Shown here piece after piece: positions 22,587 to 33,267 of a stretch of 64,000 bases of DNA. The notes below the pieces were generated by a model that saw only the letters and a program-made list of their open reading frames with translations, searched no databases and was not told the DNA's origin. Origin of the DNA: an uncultured bacterium (lineage in GTDB: Bacteria > Patescibacteriota > Minisyncoccia > Phycocordibacterales > GWA1-40-21); contig OY970290.1 of the NCBI GenBank assembly GCA_963716205.1, forward strand, positions 303,417-367,416. The letters are read 5' to 3'. The position numbers and the translations under genes are program-made. How positions within the stretch are numbered: position 1 is the stretch's first letter; each line of letters starts with the position of its first letter.

Positions 22587-23168
22587 CTATATAGCCGCTT
22601 CTTCCGCCGCCGTTTCTTTTATTTCTTCGGTTTTTGCAACATTCTTATAATTTTCAATTTCTATTTTTGCTTCCGCAAATTCCGGCATTTCTTCTATTTT
22701 AGTAACACCCAAGAAACTAAGAAGCTCAAAGGTCGGTTTATATAAGAAACTTCTCTGATCTTTTGGATTTGAAATTTTTTCCACGAGGCCGCGGATCATC
22801 AGATTTCGTAAAATGAAGTTTGACTGCACGCCGCGGATATAATCTATTTCTGCGCGGGAAAGCGGACCTTGATAAATGATAATTGAGAGTGTTTCAAGTC
22901 CTGCACGCCCGAGATCTTTGACCAATTCTTCTTTGGTTAATTTTTCAATTATTTCAGAAACATCTTTTGAAGTGGAAAGCGAGACTTCATTTTCCTTGAA
23001 AATTAAACCGACTCCCCTGTCAGCGAGATTTGTCTCAAGAGTTTTGAGCGCGGCGGAAATTTCTTCTTCGCTTTTATCAAAAATTACTGCCAATTTTTTT
23101 ATTGAAATTGGTTCTCCTTTCCAAAACAGCACTGCTTCTATTTGTTTTTCTAAAGTATTTTCTTGCAT
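22587..23168 (-). CDS. scpB: SMC-Scp complex subunit ScpB
   Basis: LETLSIIIY; IDYIRGV; next to scpA. Confidence 0.95.
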   Translation of the reverse strand: MQENTLEKQIEAVLFWKGEPISIKKLAVIFDKSEEEISAALKTLETNLADRGVGLIFKENEVSLSTSKDVSEIIEKLTKEELVKDLGRAGLETLSIIIYQGPLSRAEIDYIRGVQSNFILRNLMIRGLVEKISNPKDQRSFLYKPTFELLSFLGVTKIEEMPEFAEAKIEIENYKNVAKTEEIKETAAEEAAI

Positions 23169-23172
23169 ATAA

Positions 23173-23901
23173 TCAATAACTCGGCACGCCGACGGATTTT
23201 GTTTCCATGTGAATGTCCTCGAATTTCTCGCGCTGATTGACGTCTATTATACCTTGCTTTACGAGTTCAAGCATAGCGAGAAATGAAACAATAACATTTA
23301 CTTTGTCAGCTTTGCCCATGCCGGAAAAATCTTTAAAGCTCATTTTTATTGATGACTGAACACGCTTGGTTAGGTTTTCAATCATCTCCTCGAGTGAAAT
23401 TACTTTTATCACCATGACTTTTGGCTTGCATTCGAACTTCGGAAGATTTTTAATGACCTCAAATATTGCTTTTGAGATATTTTCTTTCGTCATCGAAACA
23501 TCGGGAGAAAATACCGGCTGTATTTTTCTATCATTCGGGAAAAATAAAATATGTTTACCGAAATTATTTTTAATATGAATGCTCAATTCTTTGATTTTTT
23601 TATAAATTTTCAGCTTCAATTCCAGATCATGGATATCGGTTTTTTCTTCATCCGCTAGATCGAGATTCGGCAAAAGCGATTTGGATTTTATCAAAAGAAG
23701 CGTGGAAGCGACAACTAAAAATTCAGAAGTATCTTTGATTGAATAGATTTCCCTATTTTGCAGGTAGGAAATAAAATCATCCGTGACTTTTGCAAGCGAA
23801 ACATCATTGATCAGCAGTTTTCTTTTTTCAATCAGATTAAGGAGAAGATCCATCGGACCTTCGAATACTTCTGTTTTGATTTTGAATTGATTATCGGTCA
23901 T
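23173..23901 (-). CDS. scpA: Segregation/condensation protein ScpA
   Basis: FEGPMDLLLNLI; IKSKSLLP; FLAMLEL. Confidence 0.95.
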   Translation of the reverse strand: MTDNQFKIKTEVFEGPMDLLLNLIEKRKLLINDVSLAKVTDDFISYLQNREIYSIKDTSEFLVVASTLLLIKSKSLLPNLDLADEEKTDIHDLELKLKIYKKIKELSIHIKNNFGKHILFFPNDRKIQPVFSPDVSMTKENISKAIFEVIKNLPKFECKPKVMVIKVISLEEMIENLTKRVQSSIKMSFKDFSGMGKADKVNVIVSFLAMLELVKQGIIDVNQREKFEDIHMETKSVGVPSY

Positions 23902-24280
23902 TTATTGTTTTTGCAATTTTTTCCAATTCTTCTTTTGCGGCAGGTTTGGCGTTTGTGGGATTCATATCGTGGGCATTATTTATCGGTATCAAATGTATAT
24001 GAACATGAGAAACTGCAAATCCCTCCACAACAATACCGATTCTTTTTGATTTCAGCTTTGATTTTAATTTTTGAGCAATATCCTTAGCTTCCCGCCATAA
24101 TTCCTGATAATCATCATCCGGCAGATCAAAAATGTAATCCGTATGTTTTTTTGGCATGAGAAGCGTATGACCCGGGTTCATTGGATTGATATCCAAGAAG
24201 GCAAAATATTTTTCATTCTCAAAAATTTTATAGCTTGGTACTTCCCCTTTTCCAATTTTGCAAAATACGCAATTCTCCAT
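23891..24280 (-). CDS. HIT family nucleotide hydrolase
   Basis: CVFCKI; GHTLL; HVHIH triad. Confidence 0.93.
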   Translation of the reverse strand: MENCVFCKIGKGEVPSYKIFENEKYFAFLDINPMNPGHTLLMPKKHTDYIFDLPDDDYQELWREAKDIAQKLKSKLKSKRIGIVVEGFAVSHVHIHLIPINNAHDMNPTNAKPAAKEELEKIAKTINDR

Positions 24281-24281
24281 A

Positions 24282-25679
24282 TTATTTTTTCTTTTTGATT
24301 TCTATTCCCAAATCCCGCAGTTGTTCCGCGGAAACTTCGCCCGGTGCGCCGATCATCAGATCTTTTCCCTCACCGTTTTTAGCAAAAGCGATCACTTCCC
24401 GGATATTCGGTTCATTTTCAAGAATCATCACAAGCCGGTCAAGCCCCCATGCAATGCCGCCATGCGGAGGAACACCGGTTTCAAATGCTTTGAGCATGTG
24501 GCCGTATTCTTTCTCAATTTTTTCATCGCTGAAATCCATGATTTCAAGAACCTTTCGCAAAGCTCCCGGCTTGTGGTTTCGGATGCTTCCGCCACCGGCT
24601 TCATTGCCGTTGAGCACGAGGTCGTATTGCGCTGCCATGATTTTTTCAATATTTTTCTTCGCCATCAAATCATCCATTGATTCCGATTTTGTCGTTGAAA
24701 ATGGATTGTGTGTGAATGTCCATTTGCCATCATCACCTTTTTCAAACATGGGGAAATCTACCGTCCATGCGAATGCGAGTAAATCTTTGTTATTTTTGTC
24801 AGCTCTCAAATCCGGTTTATCAGTGCCGTATTTTTCCATCGCTTCCTTGTAAGTGATTTTAGGAAACGGGATTTCCTGAATCTTTTTGTGTGGATAGAGT
24901 TTATGGACCACTTCAATGATCATTTTTTCATTCACGTTCATTACATCTTCTTCAGTAGCAAAACTTATTTCCAAATCCATCTGAGTGAATTCCGGCTGAC
25001 GGTCACCTCGTGAATCTTCATCACGGAAACATCGGGCAAACTGAAAATATTTTTCAAAACCTGCAGCCATCAAAAGTTGTTTGTACTGCTGCGGAGATTG
25101 TGGAAGTGCATAAAAATTCCCCGGCTCAATTCTGGAAGGTACGATAAAATCCCGAGAACCTTCGGCTGTGGCATTGGTCAAATTTGGAGTTTCAATCTCA
25201 CAAAATCCTTCTTTCTCAAGCAAAGTTCGCACGAGTGTCATCACTTTACTGCGGTTTCTGATATTTTTCTGAAGTCGTGGTCTGCGCAAATCGAGATATC
25301 GGTGTTCAAGACGGACATCTTCACCGATTTCCATGCCATCGCTGCGAACATCGATAGCCGGAGTAATTGCTTCATTCAAAATCACCACCAAAAGCATTTC
25401 GATTTCTATGGTGCCGTTTATTTCATTTTTGTTTACCATTCTTTCCGGCCGGGCATTCACTTTGCCGGTTACTTCCACAACCCATTCCGACCTCACAGTA
25501 TTTGCAAGCGCGTGTGCTTCGGCATGATTTGGCAATGCAACCATCTGCACTTTGCCCGACATGTCGCGCAGATCAATAAAAATAAGCTTGCCATGATCCC
25601 GCCGGATATCCACCCAGCCGCAGACTTTCACCTCTTCTCCAATTTTTTTCGTCAAATCCCCAATATATGTTCTTTGCAT
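24282..25679 (-). CDS. aspS: Aspartate--tRNA ligase (short, no GAD insertion)
   Basis: OB-fold RDHGKLIFIDLRD; LPQSPQQYKQLLM; FRDED; RQPEFTQ; PPHGGIAWGLDR. Confidence 0.95.
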   Translation of the reverse strand: MQRTYIGDLTKKIGEEVKVCGWVDIRRDHGKLIFIDLRDMSGKVQMVALPNHAEAHALANTVRSEWVVEVTGKVNARPERMVNKNEINGTIEIEMLLVVILNEAITPAIDVRSDGMEIGEDVRLEHRYLDLRRPRLQKNIRNRSKVMTLVRTLLEKEGFCEIETPNLTNATAEGSRDFIVPSRIEPGNFYALPQSPQQYKQLLMAAGFEKYFQFARCFRDEDSRGDRQPEFTQMDLEISFATEEDVMNVNEKMIIEVVHKLYPHKKIQEIPFPKITYKEAMEKYGTDKPDLRADKNNKDLLAFAWTVDFPMFEKGDDGKWTFTHNPFSTTKSESMDDLMAKKNIEKIMAAQYDLVLNGNEAGGGSIRNHKPGALRKVLEIMDFSDEKIEKEYGHMLKAFETGVPPHGGIAWGLDRLVMILENEPNIREVIAFAKNGEGKDLMIGAPGEVSAEQLRDLGIEIKKKK

Positions 25680-25687
25680 GATTGTAT

Positions 25688-26680
25688 TTAGTAAATTTCT
25701 AATCCAACTTTTTCGCGCACTTCTTTCATTTTTTTCTCGGCTCGAGATGATGCGCGCTTGCCACCTTCTTTCAAAATATCAAAAACAGTTTCCATATCCT
25801 TGGCGAGCATTTCCCGTTTCTCGCGGAGCGGTGTGATAAAAGCCATCAAATCTTTTATAAGCAATTCTTTTGCCTCTTTATAACCCATGCCGCCTTTTTC
25901 ATATTTTTTCTTCAATGCTTCCAATTTCTCTTCTTCCAAAAATAATTTATGAATCGAAAAGATAATTGATTCGTCCGGATTTTTCGGCTCATCTACACCT
26001 TTTGAATCCGTAGGAATTTTCATTACTGCTTTCTTTATTTCTGTATCAGTGGCAAAAAGTGGAATGATATTGTCATAGCTCTTGCTCATTTTCTTGCCGT
26101 CAGTGCCCAGAACAGTTTCAACATTTGAAAGAATAAATGGCTCGGGAATTTTGAATGTGTCGCCATACACTCTATTAAATTTTTGCGCAGTATCGCGTGC
26201 GTATTCTACATGCTGTTTTTGGTCTTGCCCCACTGGCACGATATCCGCATCTTGGATCAAAATATCTGCTGCCATGAGCATCGGATAATCAAAAAGACCT
26301 GCGCTTGGTTCTCTGTTATTTGCTATAGCATCTTTGTAAGCATGTGCGCGTTCGAGATACGGAACTGTGGTGATGCAATTAAACATCCAAGTAAGCTCGG
26401 TGACTTGCGGCACATCGGATTGTTTGAATAGCGTAACTTTTTTTGGATCAAGCCCGATAGCTAAATAATCAAGAGCCACATCAATAATCCCCTGCATGAG
26501 CTCCGTTCGGTTTTGCACGGTTGTCATTGCATGGTAATCCGCTATGAAAATATAATTTTCATATTTATCTTGCAAATCGACGAATTGCTTCATCGCGCCG
26601 AAATAATTGCCAATATGAAGCTTTCCTGTCGGCTTGATGCCGGAAAGGAGTATTTTTTTAGATTCTTTTACCATCACCAC
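25688..26680 (-). CDS. trpS: Tryptophan--tRNA ligase
   Basis: SGIKPTGKLHIGNY; YPMLMAADI; VGQDQKQH; KMSKS. Confidence 0.97.
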   Translation of the reverse strand: MVMVKESKKILLSGIKPTGKLHIGNYFGAMKQFVDLQDKYENYIFIADYHAMTTVQNRTELMQGIIDVALDYLAIGLDPKKVTLFKQSDVPQVTELTWMFNCITTVPYLERAHAYKDAIANNREPSAGLFDYPMLMAADILIQDADIVPVGQDQKQHVEYARDTAQKFNRVYGDTFKIPEPFILSNVETVLGTDGKKMSKSYDNIIPLFATDTEIKKAVMKIPTDSKGVDEPKNPDESIIFSIHKLFLEEEKLEALKKKYEKGGMGYKEAKELLIKDLMAFITPLREKREMLAKDMETVFDILKEGGKRASSRAEKKMKEVREKVGLEIY

Positions 26681-26717
26681 ATCTTATCAAAAGAAATTGT
26701 TTTTTGAAAGATAGAAT

Positions 26718-27947
26718 TTATTCATACCGCAGAGCGTCAATCGGATTCAAATCGGAAGCCCGGGCTGCCGGATAATATCCGAATGCGATGCCGATGGCGG
26801 CTGAAACACCGAATGAAAGCAAAATCGGACCGATGGTAATGACAGCCTTGACCAAGCCCGTCAGTGACAAGACAAGCGAAATGGCAATTCCCAAAATGAC
26901 GCCGATCACCCCGCCGATCGTCGTCATAACGATTGACTCGACGAGAAATTGAAGCCTGATGTCATGTTTTTTTGCACCAATGGCTTTTCGCAGACCGATT
27001 TCCTTTGTTCGCTCGGTGACGGTCGTAAGCATCATGTTCATAATGCCGATGCCGCCGACGATGAGTGAGATGCCAGCAATTGCCGCGAGCAGATACGTCA
27101 AAGTGGAAGTGACCGATGAAGCCGTGGATAAAATATCAGCTTCATTGAGCGTGCTGAAATCTGCATTTGCGGGATTTGAAATATTATGCCGGGCGAGCAG
27201 TATTGATGTCGCCTGATTTTGGACATCGGTCACAAGGTTTGCATTTTGTGCTTCAATGCTTATTTCGCTGACATATTTATTTCCCGTCAGATATTGCTGG
27301 GCGACAGTAATGGGAATATAGACCGCATCATCCGGATTAGAAAATCCGGTACTTCCGCCCTTTGCTTTTGTTACACCGATGACGGTATAAATATTTCCGG
27401 CGATCAGAATTGTTTGTCCGACCGGCTCAGTTCCCGTGGCGAACAAATCACTTACCGTTGTTGGGCCGAGCACGGCAACGCGATTTAGATTTGTCACATC
27501 ATCATCGGTAAAAAATGTGCCGTCGGCGATGCTAAAATTTCTCACCTGAAGATACGTCGGTATCGTGCCGATAATGGTTGTGTTCGTATTCAATCCTCCG
27601 GCAACGACTTGTTTACCCCGTATTGTAACATCCGGTGCAACAGCCTCCGCACTGGTGATTTCTTGAGAAAGTGCAGTAGAATCGTCCATGGTCAAAGTGT
27701 TTGCGGTTCCCCGTCCGGCACTGACCGTGCTTCCTGGAGTTCTTTGTGCACCAGGAGATATGACAACAAGGTTCGAGCCGATGGATTGGATACTTTGCTG
27801 GATTGAAGCTGAAGAGCCGTTACCGATTGCAAGCATGGAAATAACGGAAGCAATACCGATGACAATACCGAGCATGGTAAGAGATGTTCGGACTTTGTTT
27901 CCAAGAAGCGCTGATTGTGTTTCGTGCATTAAATCTGGTATTGTCAT
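26718..27947 (-). CDS. MacB/FtsX-type ABC transporter permease
   Basis: LTMLGIVIGI; GGIGIMNMM..ERTKEIGLRKAIGA; PIDALRYE. Confidence 0.93.
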   Translation of the reverse strand: MTIPDLMHETQSALLGNKVRTSLTMLGIVIGIASVISMLAIGNGSSASIQQSIQSIGSNLVVISPGAQRTPGSTVSAGRGTANTLTMDDSTALSQEITSAEAVAPDVTIRGKQVVAGGLNTNTTIIGTIPTYLQVRNFSIADGTFFTDDDVTNLNRVAVLGPTTVSDLFATGTEPVGQTILIAGNIYTVIGVTKAKGGSTGFSNPDDAVYIPITVAQQYLTGNKYVSEISIEAQNANLVTDVQNQATSILLARHNISNPANADFSTLNEADILSTASSVTSTLTYLLAAIAGISLIVGGIGIMNMMLTTVTERTKEIGLRKAIGAKKHDIRLQFLVESIVMTTIGGVIGVILGIAISLVLSLTGLVKAVITIGPILLSFGVSAAIGIAFGYYPAARASDLNPIDALRYE

Positions 27948-27961
27948 GATGAATGTATTAT

Positions 27962-28687
27962 TTATTCTTCTATTTTTATGCTTTCTATATTTGCAATTCT
28001 CTTTTTATGATTTCTGTCATCGCTGACAATAAGTCCGTCCCGAATATGGATAATCCTGTCAGCGTGTTCAGCAACGTCCGGTTCATGGGTGATAAGAATA
28101 ATGGTATGTCCTTCTTTTTTATTAAGCTCTTGAAATGTTCCGAGAACGATTTCCCCGGTTCGCGTATCAAGATTTCCCGTCGGCTCGTCTGCCATGATAA
28201 GCGAAGGATCGTTCACGAGCGCTCGTGCGATTGCAACTCGCTGGATCTGTCCGCCGGAAAGCTGGTTGGAAAGATGATCCCATCGGTCTTCTTCAAGTCC
28301 CGCGGAAAGCAAAGCTTGTTTCGCCCGTTTTTCTCTTTCCTCCGGAAGAATATTTTGGTAGACGAGCGGCAAGACAACATTTCGGAGGACGGTTGTTCTT
28401 CGCAACAGATTGAATGATTGAAATACGAAGCCGATTTTTTTTCCGCGAATATCTGCAAGTTCATCATCAGTCAATTTTGAAACATCTTGTCCGTCAAGAT
28501 GATACGTGCCAGATGTCGGCGTATCAAGCGCACCGAGAATATGCATGAGTGTTGATTTTCCCGAGCCGGACGGTCCCATAATTGCGACAAATTCCCCATC
28601 CTCTATGGTAAATGAAACTCCTCTCAATGCTTTTGTTTCCGAATCTCCGTTGACGTATGTTTTTTTAATATCTTTAATTTCAATCAT
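27962..28687 (-). CDS. ABC transporter ATP-binding protein (LolD/MacB-type)
   Basis: GPSGSGKS; LSGGQ; ADEPTGNLD. Confidence 0.95.
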   Translation of the reverse strand: MIEIKDIKKTYVNGDSETKALRGVSFTIEDGEFVAIMGPSGSGKSTLMHILGALDTPTSGTYHLDGQDVSKLTDDELADIRGKKIGFVFQSFNLLRRTTVLRNVVLPLVYQNILPEEREKRAKQALLSAGLEEDRWDHLSNQLSGGQIQRVAIARALVNDPSLIMADEPTGNLDTRTGEIVLGTFQELNKKEGHTIILITHEPDVAEHADRIIHIRDGLIVSDDRNHKKRIANIESIKIEE

Positions 28688-28695
28688 CGTAAAAT

Positions 28696-30699
28696 TTATA
28701 GTCGCGTTGCAGCTCCACTGAATGTTGCGCCACCGACAGCTCCGCCGCCGAATCCTGCCGCGCGGATCGCTCCGCCAGCACCTGCGCCGACAGTTCGTGT
28801 TGTGGCCGCCGCCGCGGCTGATTTTGCTGTTGAAGCGGCAGCGCCAACAACAGTTCTTGTAACGATTATTTGTCCTGCACTCAATCCAGAAAGAATTTCA
28901 GTTTCAGTGGCATTTGCTATGCCGACCGTTACCGGAACCTTTACGATTGTCGGCACTACGCCTGCCGGAAATTGCACTGTTTGTCCGGCGGAAGCAGTTC
29001 TTTGTCTTGTCGTTGAAGCGGTTGTCGAGCTGTATGCCAATGTTGATGAAGAAAAGTTTGATGAACTGCTGCTGAAACCGGAACCGTATCCGCCTGAAAA
29101 TGTTGATGAGGCAAAATTTCTTCTTGTTGAAGATCCAAAACTTCCAGCAAAATTCGCCATTGTCGAAGATGATACTTCCGCAACAAGAACGTATTTTTGG
29201 TTACCTGAAGTCATGATTGCAGAGTTTGGAACCATCAGAGCATTCGGATGGTCAACAGTATCAATATTTGCCGTTGCAGTCATACCGGTCTGGACGGCAG
29301 TATTTTGTTCGTCAAGCACAACTTGAACGCTGTAATTGACGACCCCTTGCGTCACCGTGCCAAGCGGATCAACATAGTTTACATGCCCGTTGATGGTAAC
29401 ATTCGGCAATGCATCAAATGTAACTTGAACTGAATCATTTGCAGCAACTTTTGCGGCATCAACTTCGTTCAGTGCGATATTTACAACTCTTTGCGACGTA
29501 ATAAGCGTACCAAGAGAATCGCTCGAAGAAATCTGCTGACCGATTTGGGCTGTCAAGCCACCGATTTGTCCGTCAAACGGTGCGGTAATAATTCTGCTTG
29601 CATAATTTTGTTCTGCGTTTGCAAGACTTGCATTGGCATTATCAAGCGCAGCTTTTGCCACGGTAACATCATCCGGATTTGGCGGCGCAGTTTGCAGAGC
29701 GAGCGATTGTTCGTCGTTTGCGAGATTTGTTACAGCACTATTATATGACTGCAAAGTCGAAGTAAGCGATGAAATAGATGAATTAGCGCTTGAAAGAGCA
29801 CCTGATGCAGTTGATTTGTCGGAGTTAAGAGTTGATTGATTGGTGGAACCTTCGGCAATACTGTATGAGCTGAACAAACTGGTCATATTGTCAAAATATG
29901 TTCGTATCTGATTCAAATATGAAATGGAATCATTGAGAAGCGTGACGACATCGGTTGAGCTTGCTGTCGAACTCGCCGCATTGTTTATTTCATTATTCCA
30001 TGAATTAAGCGACGAACCGACAATTACCCGGCCGCTTTGAATGCTGTTTTGAAGCTGCTGGTTGGTGAATGAAACCCCGTTGACAACCAAGCTCGGATTG
30101 ACACTCGTAACATTTTGAAAAAATGGATCGGTATTGATATAAACAGAATTTGCTATTGATGAATATGCATTTTGAACATCAATCAAAGTATTTTGCTGAT
30201 CATTGGCAATATTTGTTTTATCCGACTGTATTCCGTTGTTGATTGATTGCAAATCAAGAGCTGTCGGACCATCCACCAATTTATCATAGCTTGCCTGTGC
30301 GCTTTCCACGGATGCTTGCGCCTGATTGAGCGTTTGTAATGCATTTTGTCCATCAAGCGTAGCAATGACTTCCCCAGCTTTTACAAAATCTCCATTTTTA
30401 ACATTGACGGAAACGATTTGACCAAGCGTTTGCGTTTGTCCGACTGTTTGCGGCTGGATGCTTACTTCCCCGAGATCTGCCACTTGTCCCGAACCGGAAA
30501 CTGATACTGCCAAATCACCCTGCTGAACCCGTCCGAATACATATGATGTGGCAGTTGCGGTTCCACCTCTTCCAAATAAAGCATACAGAATGGATAAGAA
30601 AATAATAATTGAAACAATTGTCAGCGGTTTGTGAGTGGAAGTGAAGGGTTTAATTTTTGTTGTCCAAGCTGTTTTAATTTTTGAAAGTAAGTTTTTCAT
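28696..30699 (-). CDS. MacA/HlyD-like membrane fusion (adaptor) protein
   Basis: N-terminal TM; lipoyl halves VKNGDFVKAG and ITAPFDG flanking a long coiled coil; Ser/Thr-rich insert. Confidence 0.88.
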   Translation of the reverse strand: MKNLLSKIKTAWTTKIKPFTSTHKPLTIVSIIIFLSILYALFGRGGTATATSYVFGRVQQGDLAVSVSGSGQVADLGEVSIQPQTVGQTQTLGQIVSVNVKNGDFVKAGEVIATLDGQNALQTLNQAQASVESAQASYDKLVDGPTALDLQSINNGIQSDKTNIANDQQNTLIDVQNAYSSIANSVYINTDPFFQNVTSVNPSLVVNGVSFTNQQLQNSIQSGRVIVGSSLNSWNNEINNAASSTASSTDVVTLLNDSISYLNQIRTYFDNMTSLFSSYSIAEGSTNQSTLNSDKSTASGALSSANSSISSLTSTLQSYNSAVTNLANDEQSLALQTAPPNPDDVTVAKAALDNANASLANAEQNYASRIITAPFDGQIGGLTAQIGQQISSSDSLGTLITSQRVVNIALNEVDAAKVAANDSVQVTFDALPNVTINGHVNYVDPLGTVTQGVVNYSVQVVLDEQNTAVQTGMTATANIDTVDHPNALMVPNSAIMTSGNQKYVLVAEVSSSTMANFAGSFGSSTRRNFASSTFSGGYGSGFSSSSSNFSSSTLAYSSTTASTTRQRTASAGQTVQFPAGVVPTIVKVPVTVGIANATETEILSGLSAGQIIVTRTVVGAAASTAKSAAAAATTRTVGAGAGGAIRAAGFGGGAVGGATFSGAATRL

Positions 30700-30741
30700 T
30701 CTGATTTTTTAATTTATTTTTTTTAATATACTCTTTTAATT

Positions 30742-31215
30742 TTAATTCTCATTTGTTGGCGGCGGCAGAACTCGTATCAATTTGGCGAGTAATATTGGTT
30801 CGCTTGACGATGCCGGCGAACCGAATGCGACCACGTAATCGTCAATTTTAAGATTATCGACATTTTCATCACCATCCGCATCTTTGATTGCCGTTGTGCT
30901 TGAAATTTCTATTGTTTTTTCTATATTTGACTGGTCTTCGATCACTGCAAGCGGCAGTTTTAACCCGATGATTTTCCCGACTGCTCCATGCGTACTTTCA
31001 AAATCACCATTTTGAATTCCCATCATTCCATCTTGCTCTTTATTATTTATTTCATGTAAATAATTTTCACCAATTTTATTATAAAAAGAAGCTTTTTCGT
31101 AGCCAACATACATTCCTGCTTCAAAAACAAAAAAAACAACCAAAAGAGCTACTATGCAATACACGGTAACTTTGAATGCGCGCGAGTGAACGATATATTT
31201 TATTTCTTCGGTCAT
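30742..31215 (-). CDS. Membrane-anchored hypothetical protein
   Basis: One TM then OB-fold-like beta region; in operon with exporter. Confidence 0.7.
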   Translation of the reverse strand: MTEEIKYIVHSRAFKVTVYCIVALLVVFFVFEAGMYVGYEKASFYNKIGENYLHEINNKEQDGMMGIQNGDFESTHGAVGKIIGLKLPLAVIEDQSNIEKTIEISSTTAIKDADGDENVDNLKIDDYVVAFGSPASSSEPILLAKLIRVLPPPTNEN

Positions 31216-31224
31216 AAATGTATT

Positions 31225-31623
31225 TTAAAATGCGTATGATAATTCTTTTTTGCCGTTCGTCGCATACCACATTGAAAGAAGTATCACCAATATCGAAATA
31301 AGTGTAACGGTTATTGCAAAAAAAGGCAACGAGTCCACGAGGGAAAGGGCGAATTGTCCAAAATTCTCGAGAACGAGTTTACTGTCAGAAAAAATGAGTG
31401 ATGCATATGCGGAAAAACCGGATTTCTGGAATGCGTGCACGGTGTAGATAATCAATTCAATGAAAGAAATAATCGATACTGAAAAAATAGAAAAACCGAT
31501 AATTTTCCTGTTTCTGTTCTTTCGTTCAATAACCGTTTCAATTCTTTGAAAGATTTTTGCTTTCAAATTTTGAGGCGGATCGATTTCTTTCAGAATGAAA
31601 TGTATATTAGTGTTATTTGTCAT
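31225..31623 (-). CDS. Putative membrane anti-sigma factor
   Basis: Directly after ECF sigma; PPQNLKAKI then two TM helices. Confidence 0.6.
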   Translation of the reverse strand: MTNNTNIHFILKEIDPPQNLKAKIFQRIETVIERKNRNRKIIGFSIFSVSIISFIELIIYTVHAFQKSGFSAYASLIFSDSKLVLENFGQFALSLVDSLPFFAITVTLISILVILLSMWYATNGKKELSYAF

Positions 31624-31638
31624 GGTATCGTTTTATTA

Positions 31639-31664
31639 TACGGTTTAGGGCTTATTTTGGTGCA
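31639..31664 (-). promoter_or_regulatory. Putative ECF-sigma promoter TGCACC-N16-CGTA
   Basis: Same bipartite motif at 32291-32317 and 36049-36074; resembles ECF -35/-10 architecture. Confidence 0.55.
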
Positions 31665-32233
31665 TGTGCCAGTTTTTTCCTCAATAAAATAAGGGCTCGC
31701 CGATGCTGGCTTTTGACGGTATTGACAGATTTTTTCAGCATTTTTCCGATTTCTTCAAAATCCAATTGCTCATGATAACGAAGCAGGAGAACTTCACGGT
31801 ACTGGACGGTCAGCTCTCCGAGTATTTTTTCCACCAGGATTTTATGTTCAGACAGTTCAAAGAGTTCATGGGCGGTTTTTTCGGTATCAATAATGGTATC
31901 TTCGAGAAAATTATCTCCATCATTATTTTCAAATTCTGAAAATAAAATGCTTTTTTTCTTCCGCATCCAATCAATGGTCGTGTTTCGCACTATCGTATAG
32001 AGCCATGTCTTAAATTTTTCTCCCCGCCGAAATTTGCTGATATTTTTCCATAATTTTACAAAACTTTCCTGGGTTATTTCTTCAGCATCTTTCGGATTAC
32101 CGCACAGGCGCAAGGAGAAATTATATACTGGCTTGAGATAGCGATTCACCAGCTCGGTAAACGCCGATTGATCTTCATTTTCAGTATAATGAAAAACCAG
32201 TTCTTCATCTTTGAGTTTCTTCACATCCTCCAT
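31652..32233 (-). CDS. ECF RNA polymerase sigma factor
   Basis: DAEEITQESF; FKTWLYTIVRN..ID; region 4 EEIGKML..SVNTVKS. Confidence 0.93.
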   Translation of the reverse strand: MEDVKKLKDEELVFHYTENEDQSAFTELVNRYLKPVYNFSLRLCGNPKDAEEITQESFVKLWKNISKFRRGEKFKTWLYTIVRNTTIDWMRKKKSILFSEFENNDGDNFLEDTIIDTEKTAHELFELSEHKILVEKILGELTVQYREVLLLRYHEQLDFEEIGKMLKKSVNTVKSQHRRALILLRKKLAHAPK

Positions 32234-32290
32234 AGAAAAGAATTATAGCAAGACTGCTGTATTCGTCATAATATTCATTATGTATACATT

Positions 32291-32317
32291 TACGAGTATC
32301 GAGTATCAGTCGGTGCA
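32291..32317 (-). promoter_or_regulatory. Putative ECF autoregulatory promoter TGCACC-N17-CGTA
   Basis: Upstream of the ECF sigma gene; motif repeated three times locally. Confidence 0.55.
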
Positions 32318-32356
32318 AAATAAAAAGATTTGGAATTTTCCAAATCTTTTTATTTT
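32317..32356 (-). terminator. Intrinsic terminator
   Basis: aaaataaaaagatttggaa-tt-ttccaaatctttttatttt. Confidence 0.7.
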
Positions 32357-32369
32357 AAACAGCTAAATT

Positions 32370-33233
32370 TTATTGAGCAGTTGTGGAAGCGGTTGTTGTT
32401 GCCGTAACACCGCCTTTTGGTGTCATGGTTCTGATACCGGAAACAACCGTATTCATATCTTTTCGTGCGGTTTGCAAATCTGAATCCCCCGTTTTGATAT
32501 TTGCCCGTGCAGCTTTGAGCGCAGCGGTATTTGAAGCCGCGATCGTCGTATTGCCCTGATCCGGCATAAGTGATGCGGTGCTCGATACTGCGGTTGCCGC
32601 TTGACTTGTTGCATCCGCAATTTTTGATGCGATATCTGACATGGCTGCAGTCAATGAGCTGGTATCAACTCCTGATGACTGCAATTGCGTGATTCTCGTT
32701 TGAAGTTTATTTTCCACGATTGTCATCAGAGAAACAATTTGATTGATTCTATCCGCAGCTGCCAGTATCGTTATCTGCGGTTCGACAAGCATATAGATTC
32801 GATAATCAGTGGTAATTGATTTTAAATCATCGCGCATCGTTGTTGTGCTTGTATCAGAATCTATTTGTGATTTTAACGCAGTCAATGTGGCAATTTCATT
32901 TTGCGTTGTCGATGCGATAGTTGCTTTATCCGCATCTGAAACATTTTTGATAGATTCAATTTTTGAAATCAAAGCATTCAAGGAATTTATTCTCGCAGTA
33001 ATTTCCTTATCGGCATCGGCTATCACTTTTTGCATCATTGATGCGATATTTGCCGCTCTCGTCGAACTTGCTTGCTCCCTCATTTGCATTCGAGTCGTGG
33101 TTGAGACATTTCTGAATCTCATTGTCGTGCTTGCGTTTATTGCGCCATAATTTTGGGCGGAAGCCACAAAAGTCATGGATGTGAATAACAGAGCCGATGT
33201 TGCATACAATGCTATTTGTTTTGATATTTTCAT
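32370..33233 (-). CDS. Secreted helical coiled-coil protein, unknown function
   Basis: Signal peptide (ASA); Ala/Thr/Ser-rich helices. Confidence 0.75.
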   Translation of the reverse strand: MKISKQIALYATSALLFTSMTFVASAQNYGAINASTTMRFRNVSTTTRMQMREQASSTRAANIASMMQKVIADADKEITARINSLNALISKIESIKNVSDADKATIASTTQNEIATLTALKSQIDSDTSTTTMRDDLKSITTDYRIYMLVEPQITILAAADRINQIVSLMTIVENKLQTRITQLQSSGVDTSSLTAAMSDIASKIADATSQAATAVSSTASLMPDQGNTTIAASNTAALKAARANIKTGDSDLQTARKDMNTVVSGIRTMTPKGGVTATTTASTTAQ

Positions 33234-33267
33234 AGTATTTATTTATTGTTTAATAAAATATAATTTA